Shown piece after piece: positions 1-5,787 of a stretch of DNA of 10,507 nt. The notes beneath the pieces are model-generated. The model did no database searches. It had not been told where the DNA came from and saw only the letters and a list, made by a program, of their open reading frames with translations. The stretch comes from a virus. The stretch is taken from UHGV virus genome UHGV-1707683; one strand, 5' to 3'. The position numbers and the translations under genes were made by a program. How positions within the stretch are numbered: position 1 is the first letter of the stretch; each line of letters begins with the position of its first letter.

Positions 1-410
1 GTTTTGGTGACACTTTTTGTCACCAATGCAGTGACATTATCACCAGAGTAGTGACACCCTTCGATTTGCCATTCCTCGATGTTCTTGTTAGGCCCGATTT
101 GCTGGCCTTCGCGAAGGATTACCTTCATCGCGATAAGCTCATTCTTGGCCTTGTTTACCTTCTGTCTTGGCAGCCTGGTAATTTGAGCTAACTGACTATC
201 AGAGATGCGATCCATCTTTTTACCGTATCCGTATGTTTTACGGCATATGGCGTGGGCAACCTTACTCTGATTTTTTGTTAAATCTGCGCCGATAAGCTCT
301 TCATACAGGGCATTTGCAAGACGGGTATAACCATCTTCAACTTCTGTCACACGACGCTCCACAGGCCGTTGTGAAGGCCTTAAATGTGTTACGGTTGCAA
401 GATTACTCAT
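1..410 (-). CDS. O: Replication initiator protein O-like, N-terminal (iteron-binding) part; gene runs off the window start
   Basis: Minus-strand ORF absent from the supplied track because it is truncated by the window edge. ATG at 410..408; translation begins [114 protein letters not shown]. This aligns along its length with my recollection of the lambda O N-terminal domain (DDGYARL, GADLTKRQFKV, RKTYGWNKPMDRITDSQLSEITKLP, FGPNKNISEW). It lies downstream of cII as in lambdoid phages. Confidence 0.8.
   Translation of the reverse strand, partial: MSNLATVTHLRPSQRPVERRVTEVEDGYTRLANALYEELIGADLTKNQSKVAHAICRKTYGYGKKMDRISDSQLAQITRLPRQKVNKAKNELIAMKVILREGQQIGPNKNIEEWQIEGCHYSGDNVTALVTKSVTK
6..59. repeat. 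Iteron-like repeats (GGTGACA / TGTCACC family) inside the O coding region; probable phage origin of replication, partial at window edge
   Basis: Direct reading: GGTGACA 6..12, its inverse TGTCACC 19..25, AGTGACA 30..36, TATCACC 39..45, AGTGACACC 50..58. In lambda the ori iterons lie within the O gene and are bound by the O N-terminal domain. Confidence 0.5.
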
Positions 411-549
411 GACCTTTCTCCTTCTGCATCAGCTTCACTTTTTCCAACTCAGCCCGGAATCGACCAGGCTGCTTGAAGCTGGACAGGAAGCGATCACGTA
501 GTATGTGTTTGTGAATTTTGTCCTGGTAAGGACTGAGTTGTTTTGTCAT
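403..549 (-). CDS. Hypothetical small protein (48 aa) between cII and O, overlapping the O start by 8 nt
   Basis: ATG at 549..547 preceded on the minus strand by AGGAG with a 5-nt spacer; translation [48 protein letters not shown]; TAA stop at 405..403 overlaps the O start codon. Not in the supplied track (under its length cut-off). No family recognised. Confidence 0.4.
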   Translation of the reverse strand: MTKQLSPYQDKIHKHILRDRFLSSFKQPGRFRAELEKVKLMQKEKGHE

Positions 550-581
550 AATGACTCCTGTGGATTGATCCAGTAATTCCC

Positions 582-878
582 TCAGAATTGCATATCAATT
601 TGCTTAAAATCCTCGGTGGCGGCCGGGGATTTTTTCTTTGTGATTTCATCAAGCGCATACTTAAAAGCCCTGCTAATCGGACTGATGTCTGATGCCATTC
701 CGAAAGCACACAGAACCGAAGCAATAAATCTCCAGTCCGTCCTGCTTATCTTCGATTCATGACAGCCAATCATCTTTGCCAGACCGCGCTGGGTAATAGT
801 TGACAGGTTGATGAGTAAATCTGTTTCTGCGCGATCAACGTCACGCTGTGATAGTTTGCTGTAACTTGTTTGTTCCAT
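582..878 (-). CDS. cII: CII-like transcriptional activator
   Basis: 98-aa ORF whose C-terminus ([20 protein letters not shown]) and central helix-turn-helix segment (SKISRTDW) match my recollection of lambda CII (TNKKRPAATERSEQIQMEF; KSQISRWKRDW). Gene order cro-cII-O is conserved. Confidence 0.75.
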   Translation of the reverse strand: MEQTSYSKLSQRDVDRAETDLLINLSTITQRGLAKMIGCHESKISRTDWRFIASVLCAFGMASDISPISRAFKYALDEITKKKSPAATEDFKQIDMQF

Positions 879-963
879 TTCTTAAGATTTCCAATAGTGA
901 ATAGTTAGTTGAAAGGTATGCGTGGAAACGCATATGGCCTTAGTTGGTCAGATATATTGGGAC

Positions 964-983
964 TCGCTTTGTCAGCGACGTAG
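964..983 (-). promoter_or_regulatory. nutR-like site: boxB-type RNA hairpin (minus-strand RNA CUACG-UCGCU-GACAA-AGCGA) between cro and cII
   Basis: Plus strand 964..978 is TCGCT TTGTC AGCGA; on the cro/cII transcript this is a 5-bp stem with a 5-nt loop GACAA preceded by CTACG. It is almost identical to the hairpin upstream of N (4519..4538). The location matches lambda nutR. Confidence 0.55.
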
Positions 984-1016
984 GACGAATGTCCATTGTG
1001 AAAATAGCGGTGTTAC

Positions 1017-1250
1017 TTATGCAGCCGATGCTCTACGCGATACGAACACTAGGTTTTCCTTTTTCACAGGTTTATAACCCGTGAAATTACGAGTAGCTTC
1101 TTCGATTGCATTCGCTTTATCAGGGGAAGCTCTTCGAAATCCATATGCAATCTGGTCAAGATAGCCAACTGAAGTTTTCGCTAATGCGGCGAGTCGCTTC
1201 CATTCCTCACTAGAAGCCTCTTTTCGCCAGCGTAGTAGTTCATTACTCAT
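1017..1250 (-). CDS. cro: Cro-position HTH regulator, YdaS/Cro-like family
   Basis: 77-aa ORF divergent from cI. ATG at 1250..1248 preceded on the minus strand by GGAGG (plus 1256..1260 CCTCC). The segment ASPDKANAIEEATRNFTGY resembles the conserved core of YdaS-type Cro-like proteins of E. coli cryptic prophages as I recall them. The symbol is given by position and function, not by similarity to lambda Cro. Confidence 0.6.
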   Translation of the reverse strand: MSNELLRWRKEASSEEWKRLAALAKTSVGYLDQIAYGFRRASPDKANAIEEATRNFTGYKPVKKENLVFVSRRASAA

Positions 1251-1363
1251 TAGTGCCTCCGTTTATCACACAGAACAACTTTACCATTTTGATAAATCAT
1301 CCGCAATGTAAATTTATCATATTGCGTATTTATCCATTTGCTAAATAGAGGGAAAATTGTGAG
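1251..1363. promoter_or_regulatory. Right operator/promoter region (OR with divergent PR and PRM) between cro and cI
   Basis: 113-bp AT-rich divergent intergenic region containing repeated 17-bp dyads of the form TTTATC-N5-GATAAA: 1262..1278 (TTTATC acaca GAACAA), 1280..1296 (TTTACC atttt GATAAA), half-site 1313..1318, 1329..1345 (TTTATC cattt GCTAAA). The same motif recurs at OL (4412..4453). Confidence 0.6.
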
Positions 1364-2068
1364 ATGGAAAACAAAGATATTCGCAAATCGAATCTGGCGT
1401 TTTTGCTAGATGAGCATAAAAAAATCGCGGGTAACACTAATGCAAGCTTTGCCGATAAGCTTGGGGTTAGCCCTTCTCAACTCACGCAAGTCTCCGGTGA
1501 AAAAAGCACTCGAAACATAGGGGATAAACTAGCAAGAAAATTTGAAGCCGCGCTTGGGTTACCTAATGGGTGGCTTGATTTGGTACATGATGTAACACCA
1601 ATTGCATCATGCTCAGATTCTTTAACTTTTGTCGGTCAGGTAAGAAAAGGGTTAGTGCGCGTGGTTGGTGAGGCAATTCTTGGTGTTGATGGTGCCATCG
1701 AGATGACCGAAGAGCGCGATGGTTGGCTCAAAATTTATAGCGATGATCCAGATGCCTTTGGTCTTCGTGTGAAAGGAGACAGCATGTGGCCCAGAATAAA
1801 ATCAGGAGAATATGTACTCATTGAGCCTAACACCAAAGTATTCCCGGGTGATGAGGTGTTTGTCAGAACCGTTGAAGGACACAACATGATTAAGGTTCTT
1901 GGCTATGACAGAGATGGAGAATACCAATTTACAAGCATTAACCAGGATCACAGGCCTATAACGTTGCCTTATCATCAAGTAGCAAAGGTGGAGTATGTAG
2001 CTGGTATTCTGAAGCAATCTCGCCATCTGGATGACATCGAGGCAAGGGAGTGGCTGAAAAGTTCGTGA
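1364..2068 (+). CDS. cI: CI-type prophage repressor (N-terminal HTH, C-terminal LexA-like S24 autopeptidase domain)
   Basis: 234 aa. N-terminal HTH (ASFADKLGVSPSQLTQVSGEKS); C-terminal domain with the Ser-Lys dyad context VKGDSMWPRIKSGEYVLIEP ... GHNMIKVLGY typical of LexA/CI family. Divergent from the cro-like gene across an operator-bearing spacer. Confidence 0.85.
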   Translation: MENKDIRKSNLAFLLDEHKKIAGNTNASFADKLGVSPSQLTQVSGEKSTRNIGDKLARKFEAALGLPNGWLDLVHDVTPIASCSDSLTFVGQVRKGLVRVVGEAILGVDGAIEMTEERDGWLKIYSDDPDAFGLRVKGDSMWPRIKSGEYVLIEPNTKVFPGDEVFVRTVEGHNMIKVLGYDRDGEYQFTSINQDHRPITLPYHQVAKVEYVAGILKQSRHLDDIEAREWLKSS

Positions 2069-2128
2069 CTTCATCGTCACATAGCTGGTAACCAGTGGCC
2101 AGAAGAAACGTTTGGGTGAGGAGGATAG

Positions 2129-2470
2129 ATGGCGTTCACTGACCTTGAATATCAAGCGGTCAAAAAAGAAGTTCACCAATTCATTGAAAGCATAAGGCCG
2201 CCTGAACATATCCGCAATGAACTGGATATTGTTTATAGCATCAATGACCAAACGATAGATATCGGCGAACAGCGCCCCGTGTGGCAGGGCAACCCAGGTG
2301 AAACAAACATCCTGCCATCAGCAAGAATCAAGTACATACGTTCTCTGGATAGATGGAAAATCTATTGGATGCGGAAGGATATGAAATGGCATCAGTACAG
2401 TACTGAACTTTCGCTGACTGATGCGCTTGAGCTTGTGCGTGCTGACCCGGATTGCTGCTTCTTCGGATGA
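2129..2470 (+). CDS. Hypothetical protein (113 aa), first gene downstream of cI; possibly a DUF3024-like small protein
   Basis: ATG at 2129 preceded by GAGGAGG. Contains WKIYWMRKDMKWHQY, which I tentatively recall as characteristic of an uncharacterised ~110-aa bacterial family; this is unverified. Confidence 0.5.
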   Translation: MAFTDLEYQAVKKEVHQFIESIRPPEHIRNELDIVYSINDQTIDIGEQRPVWQGNPGETNILPSARIKYIRSLDRWKIYWMRKDMKWHQYSTELSLTDALELVRADPDCCFFG

Positions 2471-2537
2471 GTGAAGAGACGTTTGGATGATGGATGGTCG
2501 CAGAGATGCGGCCTGATTCTAAAATAGGATATAAAAA

Positions 2538-2999
2538 ATGAGAATACTAGGTGTTAGAGCGGCGCCCAAAGTTACATCTTTTGTTGTATATTGCACTAAT
2601 GAGTCTGCACTCAAATGTGTTGATGTTATTAAAATACCTTCGACCTTAGACACACCAGAAAAATTAAAGTATGTGAGAAATAACATCCTCGACATTCTTA
2701 ATTTATATAATGTTGAATTAGCTGCCATACGCGTTACTGAATCAAACTCTGATAATCTTAGCATTGACCGCCTTTATATAGAAGCTGTTATTCAAGAAGC
2801 ATTTTCAAGCAGTGATGTAAGAAAATATTACACTATTAGAAAATCTGGCATGAAATCATCATTGAACCTAACAGAGATCGAGTATAAAGAAATATTGAAG
2901 TCACACCGCAATATAAATGGAATCGATAATTCTGGTTTTACAACTGAAACAAATGAAGCTGTTTTGGCTGCTCTATCTGCGGAGGTAAGGGGATGCTAA
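2538..2999 (+). CDS. Hypothetical protein (153 aa), AT-rich, translationally coupled to the downstream kinase
   Basis: ATG at 2538 with AGGAT upstream; the stop TAA 2997..2999 overlaps the kinase start ATG 2993..2995 (7-nt overlap). Asn/Ser/Lys/Ile-rich; no motif recognised. Confidence 0.55.
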   Translation: MRILGVRAAPKVTSFVVYCTNESALKCVDVIKIPSTLDTPEKLKYVRNNILDILNLYNVELAAIRVTESNSDNLSIDRLYIEAVIQEAFSSSDVRKYYTIRKSGMKSSLNLTEIEYKEILKSHRNINGIDNSGFTTETNEAVLAALSAEVRGC

Positions 3000-4039
3000 C
3001 TCCATACAAAAGAGCTGATGTAGAATTCGAATGGATTAGTGATCTAGAAGAACAGGGTTGTTTTTCAAAAGTATATCTGGCTCATGACAGACACCTAGCT
3101 CATGACTTGGTGATTAAAGAAATAGAAAAAAAAGAAAACACTAACCACGACGACTACTTTAATGAAGCAAGGCTTCTCTATAAACATGCACATCCAAATA
3201 TTGTGCAAGTTCAGTATGCTGCTCAATGTGAGAGCAATATCTATATAGCCATGCCATTTTATCATAATGGTTCGCTAAACCAATTAATGAAAAAAAATAA
3301 TCTTACAAGCAGGGAGATAATACGGTATTCCATTCAATTTTTAAGTGGACTTTATCATATACACTCAAAAGGTCTTATGCATTTTGATATAAAACCTAAT
3401 AACATTATGATATCAAACAGAAATGAGGCCATGCTATCTGACTTTGGATTATCTCAGTTAGTCAATGAGGAATCGAGAGCTGCGCCTGAGTTTGGATATC
3501 ATTTTCATGTGCCACCGGAATATTTTTCTTTATCAACAAATGATTATAATTTCACATATGACATATATCAGGCAGGATTAACCATATATAGAATGTGTGT
3601 TGGACATGATAATTTTGAAAGAGAAAGATCTGCATTTAGCACGATTGAACAACTCAGAGAGTCGATAATTAATGGCTGCTATCCATTAAAAGAGTATCCT
3701 CCCCATATACATAAAAAATTAATAACAATAGTGAACAAATGCATTCATGTAGATCCAAATGAAAGATATCAATCCGTACTAGATGTACTAAACGATCTCT
3801 CAGCTATAAGTGATGGCGTTCTTGACTGGCGTCTACAGATGACGAAACCAACTAACGGCACATGCGAATGGCAAAAAAAGTCTGGGGACGCTATACTGTC
3901 TATAGTTTTTGACGCAGAAAATTCGTCTACTACTGGTTTTCGTTTATACGATGATGGGCGGAAAAGGCGTGCTACGAACTTAACAATATCCTCAGGATGT
4001 ACCCCTACAAAACTGTATAGGTTATTAAAGGATAACTGA
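2993..4039 (+). CDS. Eukaryotic-like (Hanks-type) protein kinase, 348 aa, non-RD type with C-terminal extension
   Basis: GGAGG at 2981..2985 then ATG 2993. Kinase subdomain motifs read from the translation: beta-3 Lys in LVIKEI (about K42), alpha-C Glu in YFNEARLL, catalytic loop HFDIKPNNIM (D132, nt about 3380..3409), DFG in LSDFGLS (nt about 3440..3448), APE-like PPEY, subdomain IX DIYQAGLTIY. Glycine loop is degenerate (EQGCFSKVY). About 85 residues follow the catalytic core. Position and family are reminiscent of Stk of phage 933W (from memory, unverified). Confidence 0.85.
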   Translation: MLTPYKRADVEFEWISDLEEQGCFSKVYLAHDRHLAHDLVIKEIEKKENTNHDDYFNEARLLYKHAHPNIVQVQYAAQCESNIYIAMPFYHNGSLNQLMKKNNLTSREIIRYSIQFLSGLYHIHSKGLMHFDIKPNNIMISNRNEAMLSDFGLSQLVNEESRAAPEFGYHFHVPPEYFSLSTNDYNFTYDIYQAGLTIYRMCVGHDNFERERSAFSTIEQLRESIINGCYPLKEYPPHIHKKLITIVNKCIHVDPNERYQSVLDVLNDLSAISDGVLDWRLQMTKPTNGTCEWQKKSGDAILSIVFDAENSSTTGFRLYDDGRKRRATNLTISSGCTPTKLYRLLKDN

Positions 4040-4041
4040 TC

Positions 4042-4206
4042 ATGAAAAAGCGCGAGGAAGTAAGCAAGCTGCCTCGCAGACGTGATGCAGCATTAGCGGT
4101 TCCCTACAAAAAAGATGAGTTCATAAGCCCTTCTGATGACAAAAAATTTTCAAAGGCGAAAAGTTTTACATCTACATCTCTAAAAGATAAATACTTTAAA
4201 ATCTAG
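4042..4206 (+). CDS. Hypothetical small Lys-rich protein (54 aa) between kinase and terminator
   Basis: ATG 4042 two nt after the kinase stop; translation MKKREEVSKLPRRRDAALAVPYKKDEFISPSDDKKFSKAKSFTSTSLKDKYFKI; TAG stop at 4204..4206 abuts the terminator stem. Weak SD (AAGGA about 10 nt upstream). Not in the supplied track (under its length cut-off). Confidence 0.35.
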   Translation: MKKREEVSKLPRRRDAALAVPYKKDEFISPSDDKKFSKAKSFTSTSLKDKYFKI

Positions 4207-4230
4207 CCCGGCCTCAGCGCCGGGTTTTCT
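4206..4230 (+). terminator. Rho-independent terminator ending the cI-kinase (lysogenic) operon
   Basis: Stem CCCGGC (4207..4212) / GCCGGG (4219..4224), 6-nt loop, followed by TTTTCTTT (4225 onward). Confidence 0.7.
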
Positions 4231-4404
4231 TTGCCTCACGATCCCCCACCTAAAAAAACATAACTCATTGTATTTGTTGAAAAATAAATAGATACAACTT
4301 GCTAAACAACGCAATCCAGATCTCCCTCAAATCTCTTTATTTATCCTGTCGAATTCCTACAACAAAATAAAACACCATAAGAATCAATACGATATTTGAA
4401 AACG

Positions 4405-4460
4405 AAGAGAATTTATCATTTTGCTATTGCCATTAATTTATCATTCCGATAAAGTTCACC
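4405..4460. promoter_or_regulatory. Left operator/promoter region (OL/PL)
   Basis: Perfect 17-bp dyad TTTATC attcc GATAAA at 4437..4453 and a related site with TTTATC at 4412..4417, 25 bp apart. The motif is the same as in OR. A possible promoter lies on it: -35 TTGCCA 4427..4432 and -10 TAAAGT 4450..4455 (17-bp spacer). Lies upstream of nutL and N. Confidence 0.55.
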
Positions 4461-4518
4461 CATCAGCAGGACGCATTACTCACCAGGGCGGTGAATATAC
4501 AACGATTCGAATATGAAT

Positions 4519-4538
4519 CTACGGCGCTGACAAAGCGC
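4519..4538 (+). promoter_or_regulatory. nutL-like site: boxB-type RNA hairpin CUACG-GCGCU-GACAA-AGCGC upstream of N
   Basis: 5-bp stem GCGCT (4524..4528) / AGCGC (4534..4538), 5-nt loop GACAA, preceded by CTACG. It is near-identical to the minus-strand hairpin at 964..983, with a compensatory change in the outer base pair (G-C versus U-A). Geometry resembles lambda boxB (5-bp stem, GAAAA loop). Confidence 0.6.
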
Positions 4539-4703
4539 AATAACCAAAGTGAACTTTGGGGTGTGGTGAATGGTTCATGGACGGGAATATGTCGCACGTA
4601 AAGCGGCGAGGCCTGTGGGACTATTGCCGAATTGAAGTAGGCCGAAACAGGTCGAAATGGGTCTCCCACCTACCACACCACCAAAGTTCATCAGGAGGTC
4701 TAT

Positions 4704-5087
4704 ATGACACGCAGAACTCAGTTCAAAGGCAATTCACGTTCTCGTCGTCGTGAGCGTTTAAAGGCAAAGGCATTAGCTAACTGCGTACTGGCCCGCGAAG
4801 AAGCAATAAGTTCAGAAGTATTACACCGCCCTACTCTAAGCAGAGCGCAGATTCAGGCTAAAGGTACTCACGAAACGCCTGAGCGCATAGAAGACGCTAA
4901 GCCAATTAAGTTCATGGCACAGGACGTGATCTGGCAACAGAAAGAATACAGACGCAATCTGGAGCGAGCAGCCATTGTGTACGCGAATGAGTTTGGACAT
5001 AAGCAACCAGAAACTGGTGTATGTCTTCCAAACGTAGCCATTTACGCGGCAGGCTACCGGAAATCAAAACAACTGACGGCGAGGTGA
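4704..5087 (+). CDS. N: N-type transcription antitermination protein
   Basis: 127 aa; AGGAGG at 4693..4698 then ATG 4704. N-terminal arginine-rich motif (RRTQFKGNSRSRRRERLKAKALA) typical of lambdoid N proteins; first gene after OL/PL and the nut hairpin. The sequence looks to me like the N of Stx phages 933W/H-19B (recollection, unverified). Confidence 0.8.
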   Translation: MTRRTQFKGNSRSRRRERLKAKALANCVLAREEAISSEVLHRPTLSRAQIQAKGTHETPERIEDAKPIKFMAQDVIWQQKEYRRNLERAAIVYANEFGHKQPETGVCLPNVAIYAAGYRKSKQLTAR

Positions 5088-5148
5088 CTTGTGTTGGTCG
5101 CCAGAAAATGAGATTAGGCAGCAAACCACTTATTTGAGAGGAATTAAT

Positions 5149-5772
5149 ATGTCATCAATCCGCTTAACTACGAGAATGAAAGAGGAAATCGCTCGTAACG
5201 CTTTAATTAAGTCTGGGGTTTTCACTGAACTTGAAGAAGTAACAAAGTTAAAGAACCAGCTTGCACTTGACGCCAGAGTTATTGCGTTTGGCGGGAAAAA
5301 GAAAACCGAAGAAGTGGACCAGCTGGCATCAAAGTTAATGGCTGCAAGTGAGGAACTTCAAAAGCTGGGATGTTCATTTTACTCATGCGATGTCAGTTCA
5401 TGTTCGATTTATCTGACTGTATCTGGAAGAAGGGTTGGCTGGCATTCATACGGAAAAGACGGCAACGGTGAAGATATATTGCTCCCTACCCCCGACAAAG
5501 ATAAATGCATGTTTGACGCAGAACACAAAATAACAAAAAGGTTTGATGAAATCTGCGCATTGCAACAAAAACTTGAAGCCAGGAAAAAGGATATAGAATC
5601 AAACGTATGGGCTGCTTTGAACTCAGTCACAACAGTTAAGCGACTTATTGAAGTTTGGCCTGAAAGCAAAGAGTTGCTACCAAAAGAAGCAGATAAAGCA
5701 AGTGCAGCACTTCCTGCTTTACGGGTAGAAGATTTGAATAAGATGATTGGACTTCCTTCCGAGGCCGCATAA
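5149..5772 (+). CDS. Hypothetical protein (207 aa from ATG 5149; alternative TTG start at 5089)
   Basis: ATG 5149 preceded by GAGAGG; the track's longer ORF needs a TTG start one nt after the N stop. Predicted helical/coiled-coil-like segments; no catalytic motif recognised. Confidence 0.55.
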   Translation: MSSIRLTTRMKEEIARNALIKSGVFTELEEVTKLKNQLALDARVIAFGGKKKTEEVDQLASKLMAASEELQKLGCSFYSCDVSSCSIYLTVSGRRVGWHSYGKDGNGEDILLPTPDKDKCMFDAEHKITKRFDEICALQQKLEARKKDIESNVWAALNSVTTVKRLIEVWPESKELLPKEADKASAALPALRVEDLNKMIGLPSEAA

Positions 5773-5787
5773 TCGGCCTTTATTTTT
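5762..5787 (+). terminator. Rho-independent terminator (tL1-like) with the stop codon of the preceding gene in its loop
   Basis: Stem AGGCCG (5762..5767) / CGGCCT (5774..5779), loop CATAAT containing TAA 5770..5772, then TTTATTTTT. Confidence 0.65.

Noticed and set aside
494-724. 76-aa minus-strand ORF from the track
   Set aside because: It overlaps the cII homolog (582..878) in a different frame and has no SD. The RBS-supported 48-aa ORF at 403..549 is in another frame and explains the region better.
1364-2068. Ala-Gly autocleavage site in the repressor
   Set aside because: I looked for a canonical Ala-Gly cleavage site in the linker and could not identify one confidently, so no cleavage site is annotated; the S24 domain call rests on the GDSM...K context only.
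1802-2251. 149-aa minus-strand ORF antisense to the cI 3' end
   Set aside because: It lies antisense within a well-supported repressor gene and the intergenic spacer; no RBS and no recognisable protein features. Likely a chance open frame.
2519-2764. 81-aa minus-strand ORF antisense to the 153-aa gene
   Set aside because: Open frame in AT-rich DNA antisense to a better-supported, RBS-bearing plus-strand ORF; treated as spurious.
4231-4404. Possible promoter or small RNA in the AT-rich spacer between the terminator and OL
   Set aside because: I could not find a convincing -35/-10 pair with proper spacing or a stable structured RNA by eye; left unannotated.
4463-4753. Track ORFs 4463..4669 (minus) and 4556..4753 (plus) in the PL leader
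   Set aside because: They lie in the operator/nut leader upstream of N and lack ribosome-binding sites, and the plus ORF runs into N in another frame. The region is better explained as regulatory RNA/DNA (operators, boxB hairpin).
5089-5148. Extended TTG-initiated start for the gene after N
   Set aside because: An ATG with an SD is available at 5149; the TTG extension would start 1 nt after the N stop without an SD. Retained only as an alternative.
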